DNA of 64,000 bases from Felis catus (Eukaryota). How positions within the stretch are numbered: the first letter of the stretch is position 1; the number at the start of each line of letters is the position of its first letter. The stretch lies in the NCBI RefSeq assembly GCF_018350175.1, contig NC_058368.1:9796001-9860000 (forward strand). The letters run 5' to 3'. The notes under the pieces are model-generated. The model saw only the letters and a program-made list of their open reading frames with translations, had not been told where the DNA came from and made no database searches. This document shows, one piece after another, positions 37,839-49,935 of the stretch. A program made the translations under genes and the position numbers.

Positions 37839-39287
37839 ATTTTTTTTAATGTTAGTTTCTTCCTTTGATCAAATAAACTTAAATTAACTACTGGTACTAA
37901 ATTAGGCAGGAGGTCACTGCTGGCATCTGGGAAAAGTAGATTAAAATAAAAAATGACTACTGTATAAAAGCAGTGAATTACAAAGTCGATTCACCTGCTA
38001 CAATAGTGGAGTGACTCAACTGGAAGGAAAAGGAAAATAATGGGGGCGAATACGTAACCTTACATATGACAAAAGAAATAAGACATCAGACTATCTTCGT
38101 CCAAGCCTTTATCTCTGACACAAAGAGACAGCGAGAAAAGGGAGTGGCCCCCAAATAAATTACTTTTTTGGATTCAGTTTTTCATTAGTAAAAACAAATA
38201 ACTACAATTTCACAGTTTTTCATTAAAAAAAAAAAAGGTCTACGTACAACACCAGAAACCAGAACTTAGTAGGTGTTCAAAAAGTTCTACTTCAAAAAGT
38301 TCGAAAAGTTCAAAATTAGCTTTGCTTCATTAGCCTGCAAACAGCCACCTGGTTCTAACTCCCAAATTAGCTCTTATTTCTTGTCCTAAAGAAGTCTATT
38401 GTGTTTATTTAATTCAATCACTTCCCTCTACATATTTCAGGGCTGTATATGGTAGTATGAGAAAAAGATATTTCAGTAATCTTATTAAAATAGACACCAC
38501 AGGCTATTTGGAATCACCTTGGGCTCATGGTTGGACATTAGCTTTGGCTTCTTTTATTTATCAATTCATCCACTGATTCATGTTAATTGAATCCATTAGA
38601 CAGCAATTTACAAATAATATCAATTTACTGATTCATAACAGGAGATATTAATTCAGCCACAAATATTTACTGAGCATCTCCTACATACTAGGGAATGAGC
38701 TCTATATGCAGGAAAGCAGATACCAATAGGCATTTTTTACTGGTAAAAAAAATATTCTCAGGAGACACTGCTGAGCACCATGCTTTGCACATAATGGACA
38801 TTTAACAACAATTAGTTGAATACAGAGACCAGAATGATCCCCAAGAGTCAAGAAAGAGTCAAGTTTGGCTCTTTTAGAGAATTTCTGTCATGTGTTGATC
38901 CTGATGTTGTCTTCATAAAGACAACAATAGGTTGCCTTTTTCTATTCTCCATATTTTTCCATGCAGCTAATCACCATTGGTCATTATAATTAAGACAGCC
39001 CTTCCCTGGAAACTACTGGCTAAATAAGGACATTCTTCCTCTTCAGCATTTCTGTTGTAGATGATGTAAGACATAGCTGTATGTCTACTTGGCTAATAGA
39101 GGGAAATAAATTTTTTTTTTAATGGACAAAAGAGGGAATCAAATCCAAGAACTGAATCTTGTAATTTGGATTACTTACATGAGTGGATATATGATGGCTC
39201 CTTCTAATCATACTTCATGAATAGCACAGTCCAGGTTTTGATGGTAGCTGAACAGTGTACCAGTTTGTCTAACAAAGGCCTAGAGAG

Positions 39288-39911
39288 TAGGGTTCAGCAA
39301 ACAACGGTTTGTGGGCCAAATCCTGCCTGCTGCTGCTTTCTGTAAAGAAAGTTTTATTAGAACACAGCCATGCCCACTCATTTTTGTATTGTCAATGACT
39401 GCTTCTAAGCTATAGGGGCAGAACTGGGTAGTTGTGGCAGAGGCCATACGGCCTACAAAGACTAAAAAATCTATCATCTGACCCTGTATTAGACAGCTCG
39501 GGCTCCTGTGACAAAATGCCCTAAACTGGGTAGCTTAGAAACAACAGAAATTTATTTCTCACAGTTCTGGAGGCTGGAAGTCTAAGATCCAGCCAGCACA
39601 GTAGGGTTCTGCTGAAAGCCCTCTTCCGGGTAGCAGACTGCCAACTCCTTGCTGCTTCCTCACATGGTGGAAAGGAGAGAAAAGCAGCAAGATTTTGGCC
39701 AGGTCATTAGGATTAGATGAGGTGATAAGGATACTAATCTCACTCATGAGGTTTCAACCCTCATAACCTCCTCACCTAATTCTAATTATTTCCCAAAGGC
39801 TCTGCCTCCTTATACCATCACATGGCAGGGCAGGGTTTCAACACAGGGATATGGGGGGGATACAAACATTCAGTCCATAATAGACTCTCCATGGAAAGTC
39901 TGCTGACCCTG
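39288..39911 (+). mobile_element. MER58A (hAT-Charlie) interrupted by an MLT1A LTR
   Basis: GGGCCAAATCC...AAAGTTTTATTAGAACACAGCCA...; terminal AAAGTCTGCTGACCCTG after the LTR. Confidence 0.88.
39485..39882 (-). mobile_element. MLT1A-like MaLR solo LTR
   Basis: TGTATTAG...AACAACAGAAATTTATTTCTCACAGTTCTGGAGGCTGGAAGTC...ACATTCAGTCCATAATA; 5-bp TSD GACCC/GACTC. Confidence 0.9.
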
Positions 39912-40779
39912 GGAGAGTACAAATATTCTATGCTGCTGATTAAGAGCAGAACCATGTGCATCAGAGGCCAGACAAGCAGGTGATAAGGCTAATAATAATC
40001 TATAATGGAAACTGAGGTTCCTAATCAGGGCTTTTGCTTTGATAGAAGGTTATCTTAATGAGAAGGGAGACAAATGCAGGCAAAGTCAGAATTTTCTGTC
40101 CATTTTAACATGTGAACAAGTGTTCAGTTGTATTTAATCTGTAGACTATGCTTCTACAGATGGGTTCTCCTTAGCAGAGATTGCTTTCTTCAACAACCCT
40201 GACGACCTGAGAAGTGGGGAAGATGGGGAAAAAAGTGCCTCAGGACTTACTGAAGGGAGTGTTTTATGATTTTCAACAGAATCACCATCTCATGCCAGAA
40301 CAAATGGGCATCAAAGCTGGAGCCAACAGCAAGCAGGCAGAGAAAACAAGACAGGAGTTAAGAGAGGTGGGGTGCTTCAGAACTATCTGTGGAAACTTTT
40401 ATATGTGGTATGTTTCATTGTGCTAGGAGTTGGGACACTTAACCAAGACGACATACACAGGAGTGTTGATAAAACAATGGCCTCTACTGGAACTGGCACA
40501 ATTTATCTTTGTTGTTGCAATCAAAACCTCTACAAATTGTTTGAAAAATATATAATTAAGTAGCAAGAAAGTTAATATTATGCATTTAGGTGGTTTACTA
40601 ACACACCAAAACGGGAAGAAGCATGAAGACTTACTATCCAAGAAGGAAGGGACATAGCTGCTTAAGTCAATCTGTATGCTTGTTATCTAACGTAGCATTA
40701 GGACAGGTACTTAAGTCTCTGCTGAACATGACATTCTCCTTCCCCTATGGCCCATACCCAATCCACCTGTGCATCCTGA

Positions 40780-41450
40780 ATTTAACCATTCTCCACCATC
40801 TCCACTGTTACAGTCTCAGTCAGCACGATCATGATCTCACTTGGACTACTGTAGATGCCTATGTCTATTCCACACAGCATTCAGACTGATCTTTCCAAGC
40901 ACAAATCTAGCCCTGTCCCTTCCCTGATTAAAACCTTTTAATGGATTCCTATTAAGGAGAAAACCCAAATCCAAGTTCCTTAGAAGCCCAAAGAAGCTCT
41001 CTGAATATCCCCTACCATTCTGTTTCTAGATTACTCCATATCACAGGCCCCTTAGCCTTCTCATTTTCCTGTTACCAGCCAAATACGATCCTGCTTCAAG
41101 ACATTTACACTTGAACCTCTTTCACCCATTATTCAGAATAGTCTTAAAGGTCACCTCAGAGAGGCCTTTCTTGACCATTTAGCAAAAGTAGTTATCCCAG
41201 TCACTCTCTACTACATCTTTCGATTTTATTTTATTCATAGTACTTGCTAATACTACGTTAAGTACCAAGAAGTATTACGTTAAGTACCAAGTGCTTTGTA
41301 TGTGCTTATTGTCTTCCCCACCCCCAACCCCCACCTCCTAAAATGTAAGCATTTCTTGAAGGCAGGAACCATTCACTGTTGGTATTATCAGCAGCTCAAA
41401 TAGTGCCTGGAACATAGAGTGTTTGATAAAAAAATTTTTATTGACTAGCT
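40780..41450 (+). mobile_element. LINE-2 3' fragment
   Basis: GTCACCTCAGAGAGGCCTTTCTTGACCA...AATAGTGCCTGGAACATAG. Confidence 0.75.
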
Positions 41451-41879
41451 ATGAAACATTCCACTTAATTTCATTTTCTCAGCAAAAGATATGCACTGAA
41501 ATGTAATTATTTAAATGTTGGTATTTTGCAGGTATTTTCCAATTATTTCAATAAAATATCTACCATTTTTGTCAACTGGAAGGATTACATTGTAAAATGT
41601 TTTAGCAACTGGATAGCTTCTGAAAACGCTTACACTAACACAAGTTTTTCTAGAAACATGTACTCGTGACCAGACAGAATGCACTGAATTTTGAAATTTA
41701 GACAGAAAACACTGAACTTTTTCACTTATGAAGAGCAAGGCAATGTGGACACTTTAAGTCCAGTATGTAAAAAAAGTATATGGCTGATTCTGCAGGGACT
41801 TTTAAAGTGTAAATACCCCTTTTAACACCACTCAGAAAGGTTTAAAACGGACTGCTAGCTTATTCCCATCAAAATACTG

Positions 41880-42750
41880 TCCTGTGACTTCTCACCTCTA
41901 CCTGTCTACTCACTTCTCTTTTCTTTGCGGCAAAACTTCTCAAGACAATTGTGTTCTCCCCATCCCCTCACTTACCTTTAACCTACTCCAATATGGCAGC
42001 AGTTCTCCACACTCTTCCACTAAAACTGCTTTTACGAAGGACACCATCAATGGTGTCTATGTCGCCAAATCCAGTGGACATTTCCTGTCTCCATCTCACC
42101 CAATCTCCCAGAAGCATTTGACATAGCTGATGATTCCGTCCTTAAAACACTCTCTTGAGGGGCGCCTGGGTGGCGCAGTCGGTTAAGCGTCCTACTTCAG
42201 CCAGGTCACGATCTCGCGGTCCGTGAGTTCGAGCCCCGCGTCAGGCTCTGGGCTGATGGCTCGGAGCCTGGAGCCTGTTTCTGATTCTGTCTCCCTCTCT
42301 CTCTGCCCCTCCCCCGTTCATGCTCTGTCTCTCTCTGTCCCAAAAATAAATAAAAAAACATTGAAAAAAAAAACCACTCTCTTGAGTTTTAAAAAAACCC
42401 AACTCTACTATTTTCCCACTACTTCTTACTCTTCTATTGGCTATTCTTTCTCTCTGTCCTCTAAATAGTAAGAACAACTCAAGGACTGGACCTATTCCCT
42501 TTTCCCTCCGTGTACTGCTCCTGGGTGATCTCATTCAGTTCCATGCCTTAAACACTATCTGTAGGCTAAAAAAACTATTATATCCCAATTTTTTCCCCCT
42601 AGGCTCTCTTAAAATAATTGATCTATTTGACAGATCCACTTGGACTTTTAATAGGCAACTCGAACTTAATGTGTTCAACAAACTAACCGGACTCTCTCCC
42701 AAACCTGTCCCTACCTTCTTCAATAAACAACATTACCATTCTGTACTCGT
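41880..42750 (+). mobile_element. LINE-2 fragment containing a SINE
   Basis: CCACTAAAACTGCT...GCCAAATCCAGTGGACATTT...GCATTTGACA...GGTGATCTCATTCAG. Confidence 0.75.
42159..42372 (+). mobile_element. Young felid SINE
   Basis: CpG-rich; TSD AAA(A/C)CACTCTCTTGA. Confidence 0.96.
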
Positions 42751-43074
42751 ATACTGAATAAATGCTTATTCCATAGAATTTGCTATAAATTTACTAAAAG
42801 TTCTTTTCTCACTGGTTACTGTGATTAAAACGTTACATTTCTTTTCTCTAAAACCTTCACATGTAGAATTATCTTTTTAAACTGAGATCAACATTAAGTA
42901 ATCTAACTTCTCTACTTTGTTAAAATTAGGCTCTCTCCTTATGCTCCATTTATATTTCTTTGTAAAAACAATGAATCAAACCAATATTGGTGTCAAAAAA
43001 ACTCGTAATTTTCTAACTTTAATAAACATAGTATGTGGCAAGGGATTTTCCCATCTCTTATTGCAATAAAATTT

Positions 43075-43512
43075 TTAGCTTGAATATTGGCAATCAAAAT
43101 ATTGGCTGCTGAGAATAAGACTGCATTTCTCAGCTTCCGTTGCCGCTCAGTGTAGCTGTGTGAACAAGTTCTAGCTAATGACACGTAAATGGAAATGTCA
43201 TGAGATATCTTCAGATGCCTACCCTAAACAGAGCACATACCATGGTTTTTCCTTCATTTTCATACCTTTCTTTATCCTGATACCTAGAACGCAAATGCCA
43301 CCATTTTCATCCATGAGTTGGGAGGCCATGGCCAACAAAGATGGCATGGCCAACAAGCCAGAAATCCAGTTCCCTCGTATCTCAGGATATTATACCAGTC
43401 TTAGATCCCTATGCAGACTTATGTGGTCAAAGACATAACCTTCCAACTTAAGCCACTGTCATTCAGAGTTTTCCGCCACCCAGAACTGAATCTATTTCTA
43501 AATAATTAACCA
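43075..43512 (+). mobile_element. Old MLT1 (I/J-like) LTR
   Basis: CATTTCTCAGCTTCC...TGTGTGAACAAGTTCTAGCTAATGA...TTAAGCCACTGT. Confidence 0.65.
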
Positions 43513-43539
43513 CAATAACATCGACATTCGTGTTCCACT

Positions 43540-43740
43540 GTGATAAGTGTTCTCCACAGGTACATCGTGTAAGCCTAACAACCACCTTATAGCAGTCATA
43601 CGTTGTCCCATTTTACAAATAAAGGAAACTAATGCTCAGACAGATGGAAGAACTTGCCCAAGGTCACCCAGCTCTCGTGAGGGGAGAGTTATTAGAATTT
43701 AGTCTCAGACCAAAGCCCGTGCCCTTTATCCATAAGGCAC
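43540..43740 (-). mobile_element. MIR
   Basis: CCCATTTTACAAATAAAGGAAACTAATGCTCAGA...AACTTGCCCAAGGTCAC. Confidence 0.8.
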
Positions 43741-44552
43741 CACACACAACTCGTTACTTCCTATTTCAAAATAACCGTAACGGTAAAACTAAATGAATAC
43801 AGTTAATGCCAAATTTCCACCTTTCTATCATATATACCATGTTGTTTCATACAACACACAACAGAGTAAGAACTAGGAGGTAGCACTGAGCATGGTATAT
43901 CAATGGCACAGTAAAAAAGATCTGCCTCTGTAGAAAAATGAGAATAAGAGAAGTTACATGGTTAAAAGATTTGACGGGTAAGGTATAACGAAGATACTAA
44001 AGAAAGGCCTTAATGTTGAGGCAAAAAGGTAGAACGGTAACACAGGAAACAGAAGCTTAAAAAAATGAGACAAAGGACTGACACAGAAGCACAGGGGATG
44101 GGCGAAAACAGGGAGGGCCTGGAGTCTGGGAAGTTAGCTAGAAGATTATGTAGCTGGGAGGGCTTAGATGAAGAACGTGGCAGTAGATATTCAAGAGGAA
44201 ATGTCAAAGGCATAGTTGGATACGTGATTGATCATATCAGTTATGAAGTACATGTCTGGTGAAAATACATTCTGAAATCTTCACAATGCAAATAGACAGA
44301 TCGGTCTAGGTCTGAAAGTTCTTTATTAGAGAGTCTCTCCAAAAACTCGGAGAACTGAGAAGGTTGGATATGTACGTAATTGTTTAGAAACAATTAATTT
44401 AATAAAAATCAGTTATTTAAAAATAAATCAGAAAGGAGAAAAAATGGGTCATACCACTTTAAAATTATGTGATTCCCCCTCCTATGCTGCATTGTTATCT
44501 TAAAAAAAATAGCATTTACTGTTCTTTTCTAATTATATATATTTATGACCTC

Positions 44553-44896
44553 TGTCTTAGCTCATGCTGCTATAACAGAACACTATAGACGGGGGTGGGG
44601 AGGGTGGGGGTGAGGGAGCTTATAAGCAACAGAAATTCATTTCTCAGAGTTCTGGAGGCCGGAAGTACAGCATCAGGGTACATGGCTGGGTTCTGGTGAG
44701 ACCCTCTCTCAGTTGCAGACTGCTGTTTCTTGTTATATCCTTGTGTATCCTTGAATTAATGTATCCTTGCTGTATCCAGAGAGCTCTCCGAGGGTCTCTT
44801 TTATTAGAAAACGAATCCCATTCCTGAGGGCTACACCTGCCTGACCTAACACAACGTTGGGTGTTAGGATTTCAACATAGGAATTTTGGAGGGACA
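44553..44896 (-). mobile_element. MLT1A-like MaLR solo LTR
   Basis: TGTCTTAG...GCTGCTATAACAGAA...GGATTTCAACATAGGAATTTTGG...CATAACA. Confidence 0.88.
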
Positions 44897-45167
44897 CAAA
44901 CACTCAATTCATAACAACCTTCAATCATTAAGTTGAATACCTAGTTTTCCATTTTATACATGAGAAAACTAAGGGTCGACAAGATTAAAGGTAAGATCAC
45001 AAAGGTAGTAAATGGAGGGGCCTGATTTAAAATGAGATCTAAGACTATGCTGTTTCCACTATATTTAGAATGAAAAAAAGAGATAGACTCAAGGAATATT
45101 TAGGAGGCAGAATTTGAAAAGTGACACCTAGAATGGAAGGCATACATGATATAAACCTAGAGTTTTT

Positions 45168-45368
45168 GTTTTAAAATGTTTATTTATTTTGAGAGAGAGA
45201 GCATGCACGTGGGGAAGAGGAGCAGAGAGAGAGGGCAAGAGAGAATCTCAAGCAGGCTCCATGTTCCGCACAGAGCCTGATGTGGGGCTCAGTCTCAGGA
45301 CCATGAGATTGTGACCTGAGTTGAAACCAAGAGTTGGACACTTTACTGACTGAGCCACCCAGGAGCCC
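45168..45368 (-). mobile_element. Carnivore SINE
   Basis: Reverse body; near TSD TAAACCTA(G/A)A(G/T)TTT. Confidence 0.93.
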
Positions 45369-45579
45369 TTAAACCTAAATTTTCAAACAGTAAAATGCCA
45401 ATAATGAAGGCAACGTGCTAAAAATAAAGGAAAAATCTAACACAGACATTGGGAATGAACAGCACTGGCTGGAAGTGTTTCTTGCACTAAATGACACACG
45501 ATGTAAATCTTGAAGAAAAAGTAGGCTTTAAATAGACAAGGAAGAAGAGCAAGTTGTAGTGGAACAAAAGACTCTAAGG

Positions 45580-45752
45580 ACACTGTGCAGAACTTTCTGT
45601 GATCAGACAGCTACTAATCACATGTGGCTTTTGAGTTCTTCATATGTGGCTAGTGCAACAGGAATGAGGGTTTTAATTTAGTTTTAGTGAATTTAAAATT
45701 ACATTTCAATAGCTACACGCAGGTAGTGGCTATCAGAGTGGACAGTGCAACT
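45580..45752 (+). mobile_element. MER3 (hAT-Charlie)
   Basis: AGAACTTTCTGTGAT...CACATGTGGCT...ATGTGGCTAGTGCAAC...GTGGCTATC...GGACAGTGCA. Confidence 0.8.
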
Positions 45753-47824
45753 CTAAATTGTGAAAGTTAGAGGTGAGCAAGGAAATGGCAAGCCGTTTCA
45801 TGTTGCTAAGCAATGAAGTTCAAGGCAGGCTGAGGCAGGACAGGAAGCTAGAGAGGAAGGCAGAAGTCAAGTTACAAAGAAATCCATTTTAAGGTGGACT
45901 CATATAAAATTTCCCATATTCAACCAGTTTTCATTTTAAGAAGAATCACCTAGCAATGTCAGAGCACGCTATGTGCGCTAAGGAATTGGAAACACTTTGC
46001 ATTCTGCTCTCTAAGCTCTGTGCAAAGCAGTAAGGATTTTTAAATTTAAGACAACCTAGTCAATTCTTAATCAATATTAACAACATAAATAAGAAAGAGC
46101 TTCTATGTAATCTACATTCCATTTAAAATCAGATTCAGAGTTTAGTTTATGCTTCACAATACTGTCCCTACTGTGGGAAGCCCAACAACTAAGGTAGTTT
46201 GAAAGGTCAATTATATTTATATACTATAGTTAACTGCATTTAAAACTACATGAATTAAAAGAATCTGTGCTCCTTTCCTTTTAGTGTTAATAAAAGGAAG
46301 ACTGCTGAAGTTAGCTTATTTGAGAGATTTATTAGAGAATTATTTTAACTAAAATACACACTTATCAACAGAATATTTCTCTTCGGTCTGTATTTACCAA
46401 CATATAATCAAGGACTATACACAGCTACTTAAACAAAAATCTTTCCCAATATCATATTAGATTTATGGATTCTTGAATTCCTTTCTGTTCCCTAGATGCC
46501 TTTTAAAGTCATGTTTCTGAGAACATAAAACCACAGATTCTTTGCTTTAGCTTGGTATTTGGTTACTGTATTAACAAAATACAACCCAGAACCTTGAATA
46601 GATAGCATTTTCGTAAGTCTCATAATGAGAATTACATGAAAATATCAGTCTTTCCAGGAATTGCCTAGAACACTGCCAGATGAAGAATCAAGAACAAAGT
46701 CATAACTGTGTGCACAGCATCAGAAGATACAAAGCTGTTTTAACTTCAGACTTAAAAAGAACATTTTTCACCTTAAAATAATGTTTAACCATTCACCTGT
46801 GACACTGTTGGAAATGATGCATAAGTAAATAGAACTACAATTAAAAGTTTAGTGCTATTTTCTCAGTGAGTTCCTGGACACCGCACGTAATATAGAATAA
46901 CTGACGATTCAAGAATTTGAGCATTAAAAGAAATCATCTGTCTTACCCTGCAGTCTTTTAAGCGATTGCCTGCACTAAACTATTCAATATGATTTAGTCA
47001 TTCTTAATGCGCCAGAACAGGTAAAAATGCCAAGCAGCAGCAAGGTTAGGTTTTTCTTGCAGATGGATGTGACTCTCCTAGGAGCAACAGGGATTCCTTC
47101 CGGGCAGAAAGGCGCATCGGGCCTCCCCAACTCCAGGATGGCTACCGACTGGCCCCATGCACGGGCTCTGGCCTCTCCGGGTGCTGGCCTCTCCGGCAGT
47201 CTTCTAATACACAGTGTGGCATAGGAAATGTGCCTTATATTCCTCCCTGTATCCCCACCATCCACTTCAGTGTCTGACAGATGGTAAGGACTTCACAACG
47301 ACCATCAAAAATGTAGCAATAGTTGGGAGAAAAATCCTTTGTTTCCACAGAAAGATACCACGGGCTTTTCGGGGGGCTGAGTTCACCATGAAGCTGAAAT
47401 AAAACCACTTCGGGTCATCCCAAAGCCGAGCATTTCTTGACTTTTGAAAATCCGGTTGTCGGGCCAACCAATACTACTTACAGAATCACAAAAGATAGAA
47501 AATGTTCTTATTCTAAACATTTTCTAAGAAGTGGATTCTACAACAGGTTTTGGGTTTCCATTTCAATTTCTAATAATTCAAACTAAGTGTGACCTAAATT
47601 TTTCTTGAAAACAGATGCTTGGAATGGAATACTGTTTTCTCAGTTTAGAACATTTAAATGGATACTGGATGTAATTACAAGGTAACACCAGATAAACCCC
47701 AAACGACGAACATTCTACCAAAAAATGTGTGTGAGGGGAACCTGTATTCTTCCAAAATGCCAATGCCATAAAAGACCAAGAAGGCCTATGGAAAGGTTAC
47801 AGATTAAAGGAGAGCAAAGCTACT

Positions 47825-48270
47825 TCAAATGCATGACCCTATACTTGGTCCTGTACTGGGATGGGGTGGGGGGGGGGGCGGGAGGGGGATGACAAAAAGG
47901 ACATTACTGGATGGACGGACAAAACCGGATTACAAACAGTTAAGTATCAATGTTGAACTTAATGGAAGTTCGTTAACTGCAATTCTTAGGAACTATATAT
48001 ACTTAAGAATTTAGGGGTATAGGGCTATGATATACGTAAGCTACCCTGAAATGGTTTAGAAAAAATATTGTATGTGTGGACATATACACGTAAGTACACA
48101 CACACACATACATATACACCTATAAACACACCATTGAGGCAAGAGGATACAGGGACATAAGTGATAAAGCAAATGAGACAAGATCTTAATAGGTGGATCT
48201 AGTAGAAGGTATACACGAGTTCTTGTTTTTTTCAACTTATCCATATTTGAAATTATTTTCAAATAAAGAA
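47825..48270 (+). mobile_element. Old LINE-1 (L1MC-like) 3' end
   Basis: AAAAGGACATTA...GTATCAATGTT...GATAAAGCAAATG...TTTGAAATTATTTTCAAATAAA. Confidence 0.7.
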
Positions 48271-48469
48271 TAAAAACAAGCGAGCAAAAAAGGACATTCT
48301 TTTTCTCAGTAATTTTTTTAAATATGACCAACTCTAACAGCTCTTCCTGATTCTATGAGTCTTTTCCCCTCTATTTGTTTAGCTACTTGTTAAAATATTA
48401 AGTTCCCTATAAATAACTATATTTTTGTTTCACTTACGTTTTTAAACACTCTAACGTCTTTTATTTTAC

Positions 48470-48676
48470 TTCTTATTTTTAAAAATTATTTATTCATTTT
48501 TCTTATTTTAGACAGAGAGAGCGCGCACGTGCACAAGTTGGGGAGAGGGGCAGAGAGAAAGAACCTCAAGCAGATTCCATGTCCAGTGTGGAGTGCGACG
48601 TGCAGCCTAATCCTACGATCCCCAAATCATGACCTGAGTTGAAATCAAGAGTCGGACACTCAACGGACTGTGCCCC
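48470..48676 (-). mobile_element. Carnivore SINE
   Basis: Reverse body; flanked by TTAAACACTCT. Confidence 0.9.
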
Positions 48677-48711
48677 TTAAACACTCTTCTTTTCCCTTAA
48701 ATAAAAAAAAT

Positions 48712-48922
48712 TTCTTTTAATGTTTATTTATTTTTGAGACAGAGAGAGACAGAGCATGAACAGGGGAGGGGCAGAGAGGGAGGGAGACACAGAATCCGAA
48801 ACAGGCTCCAGGCTCTGGGGCTGTCAGCACAGAGCCCGACGAGGGGCTTGAACTCACAGACTGTGAGATCGTGACCTAAGCCGAAGCTGGATGCTTAACC
48901 GACTGAGCGACGCAGGTGCCCC
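48712..48922 (-). mobile_element. Felid SINE
   Basis: Reverse SINEC_Fc ending CAGGTGCCCC, followed by AACACTCT. Confidence 0.95.
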
Positions 48923-48968
48923 AACACTCTAATTTCTTTTTAAGGAAACCTATTTAAAACACTACACT

Positions 48969-49180
48969 GGGAGCACCTGGGTGGCTCAGTCGGTTAAGCG
49001 TCCGACTTCGGCTCGGGTCACAATCTCACAGTTTGTGGGTTCAGGCCCACGTCAGGCCCTGCGCTGACAGCTCAGAGCCTGGAGCCTGGTTCAGATTCTG
49101 TGTCTCCCTCTCTCTGCCCTTCCCCCGCTCATGTTCTCTCTGTCTCTCTCTCTCTCAAAAATAAATAAACATTAAAAAAA
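48969..49180 (+). mobile_element. Felid SINE
   Basis: GGGAGCACCTGGGTGGCTCAGTCGGTTAAGCGTCCGAC head, A tail. Confidence 0.95.
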
Positions 49181-49439
49181 TACATTTATTTCCAAATAAA
49201 ATAGTAAAGGTAATTTACATCTTTCCAACAGCAGCAATCGGTGCAATCCAGGTGTTCCAGCCTTTATACAAGTCAATCACATGGCATTTAAAATCTGTTC
49301 AGAGTACTGTAATAACCTCAGTTGAGGCATATCAAAGTGAATTAACATGAACTCTGCCCTTCAGTAGATAAAAATCTATTAGGAGATAATAGATACAAAC
49401 AATGATCTGAAAATAGGAGCAGAATCAACCAACAAACGT

Positions 49440-49935
49440 GGTATTGCTACCTATTTTTGCATAGCATATTTGTACCAAACCTAGTAGCTTAAAACAACAA
49501 ACATTTATTATTAATGCTTCTGTAGCCAAGAATCCAGGAGGGCTTAGCTGGACGTGGCTCACTGGCAGACAAGATGTTGGCTGGGGCTGCAGTTCTCTGT
49601 GGACCCGATGAGGGCTGCATGCTCCACTTCCCGGGCGGCTCACTCACATGCCAGGCAAGTCAGTGCTGGTTGTTGAGAGGAGGCCTTAGTTCCTTATCAC
49701 TTGGACCTTTCTACAGGGCTGTCTGTGTCCATATGACATGGCAGCTGACTTCCCCTAGAGTGATTCAAGAGAGCAAACTGGAATCTAAAGTGTCTTTTAT
49801 GATCTAGCCTCAGAAGTCGCACATTGTCATTTCCACAATATCCTATTGGTTACATAGGCAAATCCTATTGAGTATGGGAGGGGACCTCACAAGGGCAGGA
49901 AATAACCAGGGCCATCTTGGAGAGTGTCTCCCATG
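49440..49935 (-). mobile_element. Old MLT1 (F/G/H-like) LTR
   Basis: GCTTAAAACAACAAACATTTATTAT...CATGGCAGCTGACTTCCC...GCCTCAGAAGTC...GGCCATCTTGGAG. Confidence 0.8.

Noticed and set aside
40137..40240. Strong minus-strand polypyrimidine acceptor and a 9-bp hairpin ATCTGTAGA/TCTACAGAT
   Set aside because: All frames stop quickly, no matching donor, and a single short stem is expected by chance
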